41,958 nucleotides of DNA from an uncultured archaeon (GCA_964640865.1 CAZXIU010000002.1:1-41958); one strand, 5' to 3'. Counted from the stretch's first letter, positions 32,256 to 41,958 are shown. Made by a program: numbers and translations. The notes: generated by a model from the letters alone, not told the origin.

Positions 32256-32282
32256 AAATATCTCTCTTCTCTATCTTATCGT

Positions 32283-33047
32283 ATGAGAAAGAGAGGTCTG
32301 CCGGAAAGGGGCGATTTGGTTGTCTGCGAGATAACCAAGATAAATCCCAATTCCGTTTATGCGAAGCTTCTTGAATATGACAGAAGCGGAATGATACACG
32401 TCTCGGAGATAGCCAAGCGATGGGTCAAGGACATACGTGAGTTCGTAAAGCTCAGGCAGCTTGTTGTTTGCAGTGTCGGCCGCGTTGAGGGCAATGATAT
32501 TTCTCTTTCACTGAAAAGGGTGAACAAGAATCAGGGAGACAGGAAGCTTCAGGAATACAAGAAGGAGATGAATGCTGAGAAGTTCCTTGAGCAGATAGCC
32601 AAGCAGCTGGGAAAGACACTTGAGGAAGCATTCGAGGAAGTCGGTTATGACCTTGAGGAGAAGTTCGGTTCAGTAAACAGGTCCTTCGAAACAGCCCTGA
32701 GGAATCCCAATCTTCTCGCAGAGAAGGGAATAAACAAGGAATGGGCGGACGCCATCACCGATATGGCCAAGAAGAATTATGTTGAGAAGACTTACGAGGT
32801 GAAGTCCAAACTCAACCTCGTCAGTTATGCTGAAAATGGCATGGAAGTTATCAAGGGCGCACTCATAAAGGCTGCGGAAAAAGGACTTGATGTGAGGTAC
32901 ATATCCGCACCCAAATACCAGATTACCGGAACCGGCAAGAACATAAAGGAAGTCAAGGAGCTTGTCGAAAACGTAAGCAGGGAAGTGATCGGGGAAGTAG
33001 AAAAGTCCGGAGGGGAGTGCAGCTTCGTCCTTGAGGGCAAGAACTGA
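32283..33047 (+). CDS. eif2a: Translation initiation factor 2 alpha subunit (aIF2-alpha)
   Basis: N-terminal S1 domain (GDLVVCEITKINPNSVYAKLLEYD..GMIHVSEIA..WVKDIREFVK) and conserved operon context. Confidence 0.9.
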   Translation: MRKRGLPERGDLVVCEITKINPNSVYAKLLEYDRSGMIHVSEIAKRWVKDIREFVKLRQLVVCSVGRVEGNDISLSLKRVNKNQGDRKLQEYKKEMNAEKFLEQIAKQLGKTLEEAFEEVGYDLEEKFGSVNRSFETALRNPNLLAEKGINKEWADAITDMAKKNYVEKTYEVKSKLNLVSYAENGMEVIKGALIKAAEKGLDVRYISAPKYQITGTGKNIKEVKELVENVSREVIGEVEKSGGECSFVLEGKN

Positions 33048-33066
33048 AATCTCCAGAGGTGGTACC

Positions 33067-34398
33067 ATGGTTCTCGATACATTCGGAGACTCGATAAAGA
33101 AGATTTTCAGTAAAGTTTCTGGTTACTCTTTAGTAGACAAGGAAAAGGTCGATGCGCTTGTCATAGAGCTGCAGAGGGCGCTGATACAGGCTGATGTTGA
33201 CATAGAACTGATAGCAGAACTCTCCGGAAGGATAAAGAGCAACGTTCTCAAGAAAGAGCTTCCCAAGGGCATGAGCATGAAGGAGGTTCTTGTCAAGAAT
33301 CTCTATGATGAACTGGTGTGGTTTCTCGGAGAAAAGAGCAATGGTCTTGAGCTGAAGAAGCAGCGCATACTTCTTATAGGGCTTTTCGGTGCCGGAAAAA
33401 CAACTGCAGCCGGAAAGCTTGCGAAATGGTTCCAGACACGCGGTCTTCAGGCAGGTCTTGTTGCATGCGATGTTCACAGGCCAGCAGCCCAGGACCAGCT
33501 TGAGCAGAACGCAAAAAGGATAAGCGCGCCTGTCTACAGGGACGGGAAGGGCGCAGACGGCGTGGCAAAGGAAGCTGTCAAAAAGTCAAAGGAGCCTGTG
33601 ATGATTTTCGACTCTGCGGGGCGTGATGCACTTGACAATGAACTCGCAAAGGAGCTGAAGGCACTGAGCAAGACGGTTAACCCTGATGAGGTCTTTCTGG
33701 TCATACCAGCTGAGCTTGGGCAGGCCGCGCGGACGCAGGCATCCGAATTCTCAAAGCTTGTTGGCATAACAGGCATAATAATAACAAAAATGGACGGCAC
33801 AGCCAAGGGCGGTGCCGCGCTGGCTGCATGCAGGGCAGCCGGCACGAGCGTCCGCTTCATTGGAACAGGCGAGAAGATAGGCGACCTTGAGGTATACGAC
33901 CCGAAGCGTTTCGTCGGAAGGCTCATCGGGTACGGCGATATTGAAGGGCTCATGGAAAAGGCAAAGGAAGCAGGCATGAGCGAGGATGTCGCAAAGAGGA
34001 TAATGGACGGGAAGTTCACCATGAAGGATTTTCAGGAACAGATAAAGTCAATGAAAGGAATGGGTTCAATGACCAAGATGCTTGACATGCTTCCGGGAGG
34101 CTCATCTGCCCTGAAGAAGAAGCTTCCGGACGGTTTTCTCAGCAATCAGGAAGAAAAGATGAAGAAATGGGAGTTTGCTATAAATTCCATGACACCTCAT
34201 GAGAGGGAGAATCCTGAAGACATAACATCCAGCCGCATAAAAAGGATAGCTTCAGGCTCGGGCATGAGGGAGGACGAGGTCAGGCATATGATGAAGTCTT
34301 ACAAGCAGATAAAGAAAGTGATGAAGATGACGAAGGGCGGGAAGGCCTTCAAGCGCGGCCCGTTCGCGAATATAGCGAAGCAGTTCGGGATGGGATGA
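33067..34398 (+). CDS. srp54: Signal recognition particle protein SRP54
   Basis: GLFGAGKTT, FDSAGRD, TKMDGTAKGG, and a Met-rich M domain. Confidence 0.95.
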   Translation: MVLDTFGDSIKKIFSKVSGYSLVDKEKVDALVIELQRALIQADVDIELIAELSGRIKSNVLKKELPKGMSMKEVLVKNLYDELVWFLGEKSNGLELKKQRILLIGLFGAGKTTAAGKLAKWFQTRGLQAGLVACDVHRPAAQDQLEQNAKRISAPVYRDGKGADGVAKEAVKKSKEPVMIFDSAGRDALDNELAKELKALSKTVNPDEVFLVIPAELGQAARTQASEFSKLVGITGIIITKMDGTAKGGAALAACRAAGTSVRFIGTGEKIGDLEVYDPKRFVGRLIGYGDIEGLMEKAKEAGMSEDVAKRIMDGKFTMKDFQEQIKSMKGMGSMTKMLDMLPGGSSALKKKLPDGFLSNQEEKMKKWEFAINSMTPHERENPEDITSSRIKRIASGSGMREDEVRHMMKSYKQIKKVMKMTKGGKAFKRGPFANIAKQFGMG

Positions 34399-36032
34399 TT
34401 ATGAAGGTTACAATAGCTCAGCTGAATCCGGTGGTCGGGGACATAGACGGCAACCTTAAGAAGGCAAAGGATGTGCTTTCCAATGCCGGTGTCACGGACC
34501 TCGTGATATTCCCAGAGATGTTTCTGACAGGATATCCGCCGAGGGACCTTCTCGAAAAGAAGTATTTCGTAGAGAGGTCTATGAAGGCTGTTGATGAGCT
34601 TGCTAAGGCTTCGGAGAATTACGGTTTCGGTATAATAGTAGGCGTTCCTGAGAAGAACGGCGGCAAAGAGGGAATGGGACTTTACAATACAGCTATTCTC
34701 CTGCATAAGGGAAAAAAGATTTTTGTCCAGAGAAAATCACTCCTCCCGACCTACGATGTCTTTGATGAGGCAAGATACTTCGATCCTGCAGATAAGATAG
34801 ATGTTGTCGGTTTCGGTGGTGAAAAAATAGGGATTTCAATCTGTGAGGATGCGTGGAATGACCCTCAGCTCTGGCACAGAAGGCATTATGATTTCAATCC
34901 CATAGAGGAACTTGCCAGAAAAGGCGCAACCCTCATGATAAACATATCAGCCTCGCCATTCCATCTCGGGAAAGGAAGCATAAGGTACAGGCTTGTCAGC
35001 AATCATTCAAAAAAGCACCATGTTCCGTTCATCTACGTCAATCAGGTTGGGGCGAATGACGAACTGATATTCGACGGTAGAAGCATGTTCACGGATTCAG
35101 AGGGAAAGCTTGTGAAAGCGCTCCCGGCATTTAAGGAAGCGGTTGTCACTGTTGACACAACCGAAAAGGGGAAATCCGAATACATGGAGGAAGGGAAAAT
35201 GGAGAGCCTCGAAAGCGCTCTTGTCCTCGGAGTTGGCGATTACTTCAGGAAGTGCGGATTCAGGAAAGCAGTTGTCGGTCTTTCAGGCGGCATAGATTCT
35301 GCTGTAACGTGCGCATTGGCTGTCAAAGCACTTGGAAAAGGTAATGTCCTTGGAATATCAATGCCTTCAAGGTTCTCGTCCACAGGAAGCGTTGACGACT
35401 CCAGAAAGATTGCCAAGAACCTTGGCATAGAATTCATTGTGATACCCATAAAGGAAGTGCACGACTCGTATATTGCTACACTGAAGGAACATTTCAGGGG
35501 AAAGAAGGAAGACGTTACAGAGGAAAACATCCAGGCAAGGATAAGGGGAAATCTCCTTATGGCATTCTCGAACAAATTCGGGCATATCGTGCTCTCAACA
35601 GGCAACAAGAGCGAAGTCTCTGTCGGCTATTGCACACTTTACGGCGATATGACAGGAGGACTCTCCGTGATATCGGATGTCCCGAAGACAATGGTTTATG
35701 AACTTGCCAGATACATCAACAGAAACGGAGAGATAATACCCAATGAGACAATAAAGAAACCTCCTTCTGCGGAGCTGAGACCCAATCAGAAGGACCAGGA
35801 CAGCCTTCCGCCTTATGATGTACTTGACGAAATACTGAAATATTATGTTGATGAAAGGCTTTCATCCGACGAAATAAAGAAGAAGGGATTCAACAAGGAC
35901 ACAGTTGACTGGGTGATAGGGACTGTCAACAGGAATGAATACAAAAGGAAGCAGGCTGCTCCCGGGCTTAAGGTTACTTCCAAGGCATTTGGCCAGGGAC
36001 GAAGGATACCCATAGCTGCAAAGCATGAATGA
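34395..36032 (+). CDS. nadE: Glutamine-dependent NAD+ synthetase (CN-hydrolase domain plus NadE domain)
   Basis: N-terminal nitrilase-type domain (ICEDAW) and synthetase P-loop GLSGGIDSAV. ATGA overlap with srp54. Confidence 0.9.
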   Translation: MIMKVTIAQLNPVVGDIDGNLKKAKDVLSNAGVTDLVIFPEMFLTGYPPRDLLEKKYFVERSMKAVDELAKASENYGFGIIVGVPEKNGGKEGMGLYNTAILLHKGKKIFVQRKSLLPTYDVFDEARYFDPADKIDVVGFGGEKIGISICEDAWNDPQLWHRRHYDFNPIEELARKGATLMINISASPFHLGKGSIRYRLVSNHSKKHHVPFIYVNQVGANDELIFDGRSMFTDSEGKLVKALPAFKEAVVTVDTTEKGKSEYMEEGKMESLESALVLGVGDYFRKCGFRKAVVGLSGGIDSAVTCALAVKALGKGNVLGISMPSRFSSTGSVDDSRKIAKNLGIEFIVIPIKEVHDSYIATLKEHFRGKKEDVTEENIQARIRGNLLMAFSNKFGHIVLSTGNKSEVSVGYCTLYGDMTGGLSVISDVPKTMVYELARYINRNGEIIPNETIKKPPSAELRPNQKDQDSLPPYDVLDEILKYYVDERLSSDEIKKKGFNKDTVDWVIGTVNRNEYKRKQAAPGLKVTSKAFGQGRRIPIAAKHE

Positions 36033-36050
36033 ATTTCCCATAATCAGAAG

Positions 36051-37211
36051 ATGATTACTATGAAAGAAAGTGATTTCTCTAAAAAAGAGATACTGGAAAT
36101 TGCGAAGTCAGTCATGAAAAGAGGGAAGACATGCAATCACTGCCTCGGCAGGCAGTTTGCGCATGTCTCAACAGGAATGACAAACAAGGAGCGCGGAGCT
36201 GTGATAAGGGCTCACCTGAAGGTGAAAGAGGACAGGAAATGCGATGTATGCGGTGATATATTCAGAAAGCTCGACAAGTATGCTGATGCCGCAGCAGCCA
36301 GAATGAACAAGCTCGAATACAGCACATTCCTTGTGGGGACAATACTAAGCAGCGAACTGATTTCCAAAGAGGAAAGCCTGTGGGAAGACGTGGGCATAGA
36401 ATACTGCGAATCAATAAAGAGCGAGCTTAACAGGGAACTCGGAAAGGTCATATATGACAGGGTCAAAAAGGAGCACGACCCGAAGATGCCGGATGTTGTA
36501 GTGATACTAAATCTTGACAAGGACCGGATAGAGCTGAATGTCTCCTCACTTTTCATAAGAGGCGAATACAACAAATTCAAGAGGGGGCTTCCCCAGACAA
36601 AATGGGACAGATATGACGAGACACTGGAAGATGTCATAGCAGCGCCATTCATGATGGCTACAGGAGGTGACGGCCACTCCCTCCACGCGAGCGGAAGGGA
36701 GGACATCGACGCATTATGCTTTGGCGGAAGGTCCTTTGTCCTTGAGATAAAGAATCCTGTGAGGCGTGATATAGACCTGAAGAAGATGGCAGCTTCTGTG
36801 GAAAAGACAGGGAAGGCCGAGATAATGAGACTGAAATTCACTGACAGAAGGGAAGTCGTGAAAGTCAAGAGCCTCCGGAATGATAAGAGCTACAGGACGC
36901 TCGTTGAATTTGAGAAAACTGTCAGGGACATTGAAAAGCTCGGCGAGCTTAACAATGCGGTCATAAACCAGCGCACTCCTCACAGGGTTGAGCACAGAAG
37001 GGCTGATAAAGTGAGGAAAAGGAAGGTGCTTGGCATATCCTGGAAGAGGATTAATAATAAAAGCTTTGAGTTACTAATAAAAGGAGAAGCTGGGTTATAC
37101 ATAAAGGAACTGGTAAGCGGCGATGACGGAAGGTCGAAGCCGTCTGTTTCCGGTTTACTCAAGAATCCGGCAGTTGTCAAGGAACTTGATGTAGTTAAGA
37201 TATGGAAATGA
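36051..37211 (+). CDS. pus10: tRNA pseudouridine54/55 synthase Pus10
   Basis: N-terminal CxxC...CxxC zinc module and the catalytic block SGREDIDALCFGGRSFVLEI. Confidence 0.88.
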   Translation: MITMKESDFSKKEILEIAKSVMKRGKTCNHCLGRQFAHVSTGMTNKERGAVIRAHLKVKEDRKCDVCGDIFRKLDKYADAAAARMNKLEYSTFLVGTILSSELISKEESLWEDVGIEYCESIKSELNRELGKVIYDRVKKEHDPKMPDVVVILNLDKDRIELNVSSLFIRGEYNKFKRGLPQTKWDRYDETLEDVIAAPFMMATGGDGHSLHASGREDIDALCFGGRSFVLEIKNPVRRDIDLKKMAASVEKTGKAEIMRLKFTDRREVVKVKSLRNDKSYRTLVEFEKTVRDIEKLGELNNAVINQRTPHRVEHRRADKVRKRKVLGISWKRINNKSFELLIKGEAGLYIKELVSGDDGRSKPSVSGLLKNPAVVKELDVVKIWK

Positions 37212-37215
37212 TAAT

Positions 37216-37506
37216 ATGGTAAAGTCATCAAAGGGACTCAGGGCAGGAACAAGGAAGAAGTTCACAAAGAATCTTCGTGACAAATTCACAGTTACACCCT
37301 ACCTCAGGGAGTTCAAGGAAAATGACAGAGTAACTGTTATGCCAAAGCCTTCGTCAGTCAGCGGAATGCCGCATTTCAGGTTCAAGGGTGCAGCAGGCAT
37401 AGTGACTGGAAAGAGGGGGACTGCATACGCAGTCGAAGTTAAGATTGGGAACAAGAAAAAGACAGTGATTACAAAGCCAGAGCATCTTGTCCCGGCAAAA
37501 GTTTAG
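37216..37506 (+). CDS. rpl21e: Ribosomal protein L21e (eL21)
   Basis: MVKSSKGLRAGTRKKF... and GKRGTAYAVEV. Confidence 0.9.
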   Translation: MVKSSKGLRAGTRKKFTKNLRDKFTVTPYLREFKENDRVTVMPKPSSVSGMPHFRFKGAAGIVTGKRGTAYAVEVKIGNKKKTVITKPEHLVPAKV

Positions 37507-37514
37507 GTGATATT

Positions 37515-37844
37515 ATGGAAATAAAGAACGAAAAAGTTGTAACTTCGTATGACGCTAAGGCTATCCTGAAGAAGAGAGAAAAGGAAAGTGAGCTTAATTA
37601 TGAGCAGAAGAACGCACTTGATTATATCAGCAAGTTCTGCAAGCTTCCCGAGAAGGACATAAAAGCACTCGTGGAAAGACTTTCTAAGATAGAAAAGCTT
37701 CTTGACAGGCATGTTGTCGCAATAGTGGAGACCATGCCGAAAGACGATGATGATCTCAGGCTGCTGTTCGCAAATGAGAGGATAGTCCTTGAGGACAACG
37801 AGAAAAAAGAGATTCTCAGCGCTGTGAAAAGTCTTGGCAAATGA
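37515..37844 (+). CDS. rpoF: DNA-directed RNA polymerase subunit F (Rpo4)
   Basis: Size, conserved position after rpl21e, and the pattern ...AKAILKK....L.YEQK.ALDY..KF.KL......L.E.L........V.IV...P....DLR.LF... Confidence 0.7.
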   Translation: MEIKNEKVVTSYDAKAILKKREKESELNYEQKNALDYISKFCKLPEKDIKALVERLSKIEKLLDRHVVAIVETMPKDDDDLRLLFANERIVLEDNEKKEILSAVKSLGK

Positions 37845-37964
37845 ATGCATTGGAAGATACCAGTTTTGGTCTTTTATATGTATACTCCACTACCGATAAG
37901 TTTATAAATAGCTTGGGTGATAGTTTATATCACTTTACTCGTATATTCACTAAAGAGGAGTAAC

Positions 37965-38939
37965 ATGGAACAAAAACCTGAAGAAAATGCTGGAGAAAAA
38001 CCTGAAGAAAAAAAGAAGCCTGCGTGCCCTGAATGCGGCAGCGAGAACATACAGTTCGACCCTAACAGGGGCGAGTCTGTCTGCATGAAGTGCGGGCTTG
38101 TTGTTGACGAAGCGGCAATTGATGTTACTCAGGAATGGAGAGCATTCGACGAAGACCAGAGATCCAGAAGGGTAAGGACAGGCGCTCCGCTTACTCCCAC
38201 AAAGCATGACCAGGGCATAACAACTGAAATGGGCAAGGGCCGTGGCGAATTATTCAAAGTGGCTCCGAAGAAGAGAGCGCAGTACTACAGGCTTACCAAA
38301 TGGCACAAGAGGCTCATAAAGTCAAAAGACAGGAACCTCTCATTCGCATTCTCAGAGCTCCAGCGTCTTATCTCATTCTTAGGTCTTTCCCAGTCTATAC
38401 ACGAGAAGGTCGCCAAGCTGTACGAAAAGGCAGTTGAAGGCGGTCTTGTAAGGGGAAGAAGCACGGAGTCCATAATCGCAGCGCTCCTTTACACTGTATG
38501 CCGTGAGGAAGGTGCTCCGAGGACACTTGACGAGATATCGAAGGCATCCGGAATAAACAGGCGTGACATAGGCAAGACATACAGGTATGTCGCCAGGAAA
38601 CTCGGCATGAGGATACTTCCAGCCAAATCACAGGATTATGTTCCCAGGTTCGGTTCACTTCTCGGGCTTTCAGAAAGGGTTCAGGTAAGGGCAGTCCATG
38701 TTCTGGATGAGGCAAGCCAGTATGATGTCACATCAGGAAAGGGCCCGATAGGTGTCGCAGCAGCAGCGCTCTATATAGCAGCTGTTCTCGGCGGAGAGAA
38801 GAAAACCCAGAGGGAAGTTGCAGATGCAATCGGTGTCACAGAAGTCACCATAAGAAACCGTTACAAGGAAATCGTTGACAAGCTCGGAATCAGGGAAGAA
38901 GTGGAAGAGAAGGTCAAAGAAGAAGAAGACAGCAACTAG
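37965..38939 (+). CDS. tfb: Transcription initiation factor B (TFB)
   Basis: Zn ribbon CPECGS...CMKCG, B-reader/linker, and two cyclin repeats. Lys/Glu/Pro-rich N-terminal tail. AGGAG lies upstream of the ATG. Confidence 0.93.
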   Translation: MEQKPEENAGEKPEEKKKPACPECGSENIQFDPNRGESVCMKCGLVVDEAAIDVTQEWRAFDEDQRSRRVRTGAPLTPTKHDQGITTEMGKGRGELFKVAPKKRAQYYRLTKWHKRLIKSKDRNLSFAFSELQRLISFLGLSQSIHEKVAKLYEKAVEGGLVRGRSTESIIAALLYTVCREEGAPRTLDEISKASGINRRDIGKTYRYVARKLGMRILPAKSQDYVPRFGSLLGLSERVQVRAVHVLDEASQYDVTSGKGPIGVAAAALYIAAVLGGEKKTQREVADAIGVTEVTIRNRYKEIVDKLGIREEVEEKVKEEEDSN

Positions 38940-38983
38940 ACAACCACCCAAACTTTTATAGCATTTACTGTATTAGAAAAACT

Positions 38984-40750
38984 ATGAGAAATGCGAATTT
39001 CGCTTTCTATGGAAAACAGGCAGTCATTTATAACAACGGCATTATACCGGACACAAGCGAAGAGCTTGTGATGTCAGGCCTTTTCGAGCATGTTTTCAGG
39101 GATTATATGCAGCATCTTCGGGAAAAGGATTCACCGCTTTTCGAGATTGTTCCTAAGGGCATAAGCGGGAAGAAGCAGGACAACCTGATGCTGATGATAT
39201 TAAGGAAGCTCACGCACATGAGGCACGACGAGGTGGCAATGGCATTTCCCAATGCAAGGGAAGTCTTCAGGGACACATACATGCTTAACGAGTTCGTCGA
39301 GAAGTTGTATAACTTCTGGAGGAGTTTTGAAAGGTTTTTCATCTGTTATTCACTTGAAGGCGGCGGCGAGGACCAGGAATATGACAAGCGGCCTTACAGG
39401 ACATTCAATCATACAATTGAGATACTCAACCACCTAACAAGAAAGGCATACCGTGACATCTGCGAGAACATAACAGGAAACCATCCGAGGGTTTACAGGC
39501 AGGTGGCTGCAGGATGCCAGATAGGCGTCATAGCAGGCGAGAAGGAAATACCTCTTTCAAAGAAGTATGCCAATCTTTCTGCTGTTCCCGTGATAAGGCA
39601 GGTTTTCATGTCACCGCCTCTCATACTTGACCCCACTATGAACAAGAGGGCAGGAATATTCAGGGAAGTCAAAGAAAATCCATTGGAGGGTGTTGATTTC
39701 TCATCAGGGGAATGGCTCTGCTATCCCGCAAAGGTATGCGACACGCTGATTCATGTTTTCTTCCACTCGCGTTTCATGGGACTCAGTACATCGCTCGCGA
39801 ACCTCTTTGACCTTGCAGATGACGAGGATCTCAGAAGGAAGCCTGATGCAATCTATGCATTCGGCGTGCCGATAAAGCACATGAAGAAGTATGGAAAAAA
39901 CCCTACTGTCTTCTTTGAAGACAAGAAGAACGAACTCTTCGTAGGTGCTGTTCCCGGTGATGACAGCTACGGATATTTCGGATACCTAAAGAAGATGATA
40001 CTTACACTCCATAACATAGTTTCCATAAAGAAAGGTCGCCTTCCGGTTCACGGAGCCATGGTACGGATAAGCATGAAGAACAGGAAGACCGCTAACGTTC
40101 TGGTCTGGGGAGACAGCGGCGCGGGAAAATCCGAGACACTTGAAGCTTTCCGAATGTTGGGAAGAAAATACATACGCGACATGACCGTCATATTCGATGA
40201 CATGGGCTCACTGGGTATTGGCAGCAATGGGAAGGTGGTCGCTTACGGAACGGAGACCGGTGCGTTCGTCAGGCTTGACGACCTTCAGCCCGGTTTTGCA
40301 TTCGGGAACATGGACAGGACAATAATACATAGTCCATACACAATAAACAGCCGCGCGATACTGCCAATAACAACCCAGTACGAGGTAACCAAAGGCCATG
40401 AGATAGATTTCCTTCTCTACGCAAACAATTACGAGAGCGTGGACACTGAGCATTCGATACTCGAAAGGTTCAGCAGCATTGAGAACGCGCTGAAGGTCTT
40501 CAGGGAGGGGGCGAGGATGGCCAAGGGCACTACAACTGAGACAGGGCTCGTCTATTCATTCTTTGCCAATCCTTTCGGTCCTGCACAATACAAGGATGAA
40601 TACGAGAAACTGGCGAAGAAATACTTCGAAAAAGTATTCGCTTCGAAAGCCTTTGTCGGACAGCTTCGGACGCGCTTGGGCATATCCGGCATGGAAACCA
40701 AAGGCCCGCAGGAAGCTGCAAAGGAACTGTTCAGGATTATTTCAGGCTGA
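38984..40750 (+). CDS. Divergent PEP carboxykinase(ATP)/HPr-kinase-fold P-loop protein (588 aa), function unknown
   Basis: YFGYLKKMILTLHNIVSIKKGRLPVHGAMV...VLVWGDSGAGKSETLEAF...VIFDDMG...ETGAFVRL...TINSRAILPI parallels the PckA blocks Y.GE.KK....N.L.....G...MHCSAN / GLSGTGKT / IGDDEHGW / EGGCYAK / TENTR..YP, and the HprK block GDSG.GKSE. The N-terminal ~330 aa lack the PckA GRSPKDK motif. Confidence 0.6.
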   Translation: MRNANFAFYGKQAVIYNNGIIPDTSEELVMSGLFEHVFRDYMQHLREKDSPLFEIVPKGISGKKQDNLMLMILRKLTHMRHDEVAMAFPNAREVFRDTYMLNEFVEKLYNFWRSFERFFICYSLEGGGEDQEYDKRPYRTFNHTIEILNHLTRKAYRDICENITGNHPRVYRQVAAGCQIGVIAGEKEIPLSKKYANLSAVPVIRQVFMSPPLILDPTMNKRAGIFREVKENPLEGVDFSSGEWLCYPAKVCDTLIHVFFHSRFMGLSTSLANLFDLADDEDLRRKPDAIYAFGVPIKHMKKYGKNPTVFFEDKKNELFVGAVPGDDSYGYFGYLKKMILTLHNIVSIKKGRLPVHGAMVRISMKNRKTANVLVWGDSGAGKSETLEAFRMLGRKYIRDMTVIFDDMGSLGIGSNGKVVAYGTETGAFVRLDDLQPGFAFGNMDRTIIHSPYTINSRAILPITTQYEVTKGHEIDFLLYANNYESVDTEHSILERFSSIENALKVFREGARMAKGTTTETGLVYSFFANPFGPAQYKDEYEKLAKKYFEKVFASKAFVGQLRTRLGISGMETKGPQEAAKELFRIISG

Positions 40751-40751
40751 A

Positions 40752-41958
40752 CTACTCCACATAATAGTACGCATTCCTGCTCTTCTGCTCGCTGTCTTTC
40801 TGCGAACCCGGCTTGTTAGCGCGCGCTCTTCCTGTCTGCGGGTCGCGCCTGAATGTGATTCCAATCTTTTTCAGGAAGTGGTTCATGCCGTCCTTTGAGT
40901 TCATCGGCGCCATGCCGTGACCTCGGACGCCGCGCTTCCCGTCGAATATCATGAGCCTGTCAGACATTGCATCGAGAATCTGCAGGTCGTGGTCAACTAT
41001 GAAAGCGGCAAGTTCTTTGCTTTCTATGACCTCGCGGATGAGCTTTGATGCGCGCAGTCTCTGCTCGACATCAAGGAATGCAGTCGGCTCGTCCATGAGA
41101 AGTATGTCGAATTCCTTCCCAAGTGTCGCAGCTATGGACACACTCTGCATCTCTCCTCCTGAAAGCGATGAGAGTTTCTTTTCCATGAGCCTATCAAGGT
41201 CAAGCATGTGGATAATCCTCTGCTTCATCGTCTTGTCAGTCATCTCCTTCTGCAGGTACAGCCTGACTGTCAGGCCCTTTTCGTCATCATCCAGTTCTAT
41301 CCTCTGGGGCTTGTATGCAAGCTTCATCTTCCCAAGAGCTTCCCCGTTGTCAGGCTTGACATTGCCTGTAAGCATGTTTATGAAAGTGCTCTTTCCGGTT
41401 GCATTGGGACCCAGTATTCCGATGATTTCACCCTTGTAAAGATTGCCGCTGTCTGTTTCCAGTGAAAATTTATCAAACTTTTTCGTGAACCCGGGAAATG
41501 TCAGGAAATGATTGGTCTTCAGTGTATTCTTCATGCCTTTCCTGAATATTATTTCTTCGTCCCTGAAGCGGACGTTTTCCTCTTTTATCATGCCTTCAAG
41601 ATACGTGTTTATGCCGACCCTGACACCATAAGGCTTTGATATCACGCCGAACACAGCCGGCTTTCCATAGAGCAGGTGCACCTGGTCTGCGAGGTAATCT
41701 GCGACAGCAAGGTCGTGCTCGACAACCATGACCATTTTGTCCTTCGAAAGCATGCGTATGGCTGCAGCAACCCTTAGCCTCTGCTCCACGTCAAGGTAAG
41801 AGCTCGGCTCGTCGAAGAAGTACAAATCAGCATCCTTTATCATCGTTGCGGTAACAGCCAGCAGCTGGAGCTCACCCCCTGAAAGCGTTTTGATGTCTTT
41901 GTTCATTATGCTTTCTGTCCTGAGTTAGAAGGTTGTCAATCACAAGGAGATACTTTTG
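40752..41958 (-). CDS. abce1: ABCE1 / RNase L inhibitor homolog (ribosome recycling ATPase), partial at the window edge, with a frame break near 41880-41925
   Basis: LSGGELQ...FDEPSSYLDVEQRL...VVEHDL (NBD1 end), hinge, NBD2 (GPNATGKST, LSGGEMQ, MDEPTAFLDVEQR), and the C-terminal ITFRRDPQTGRARANK...YYYVE. The ORF-track start (41906) lies in the middle of NBD1. Upstream coding continues in another frame. Confidence 0.85.

Noticed and set aside
41925-41942. Stop-codon reassignment (TAA/TGA read as sense) to explain the in-frame stops upstream of the ABCE1 ORF
   Set aside because: TAA, TGA and TAG all terminate neighbouring conserved genes at the expected C-termini (for example hisS TAA, dys TGA, trmI TAG). 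An adjacent open frame offers a simpler frameshift explanation.

Overview
This is a very gene-dense archaeal chromosomal segment. The evidence is an archaeal 16S rRNA 5' end, TFB, aIF5A, aIF2-alpha, the archaeal/eukaryotic-type ribosomal proteins L44e, S27e, L21e and L35Ae, RpoF, Pus10, Trm1 and ABCE1. Many stop/start codons overlap, and several convergent genes abut with 0-1 nt between them. A small-genome lineage (DPANN/ARMAN-like) is a guess from this compaction and intron load, not a demonstrated placement. The most unusual content is RNA-level. The partial 16S gene carries a 686-nt bulge-helix-bulge (BHB) intron encoding a two-motif LAGLIDADG homing endonuclease whose reading frame is broken in an A4 run. 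All six tRNA genes found (His, Leu, Ala, Val, Gly, Ser) contain introns. Two of these (Ala, Ser) sit in the T-loop at 59/60, and the Ser intron is 137 nt with an internal tandem repeat. That intron shares sequence modules with the 3' flanks and spacers of neighbouring tRNA genes. On the protein side, housekeeping genes dominate. These are tyrS-trpS, a deoxyhypusine synthase/arginine decarboxylase operon, RtcA, Sua5/TsaC, Trm1, TrmI, Pus10, HisRS, SRP54 and NadE. One divergent cluster at 17.6-23.7 kb has no assignable function. It holds two tandem paralogs, a micro membrane protein, a 566-aa orphan, a 600-aa endonuclease IV-fold protein with a ~240-aa insertion, and an NTase-HEPN fusion. This is my best candidate for an undescribed system. 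Other oddities are a 588-aa divergent PEPCK/HprK-fold P-loop protein, a hyper-acidic 29-aa micro-ORF, and a frame break in ABCE1 at the window edge. All assignments rest on motif recognition by eye; no database search was possible.
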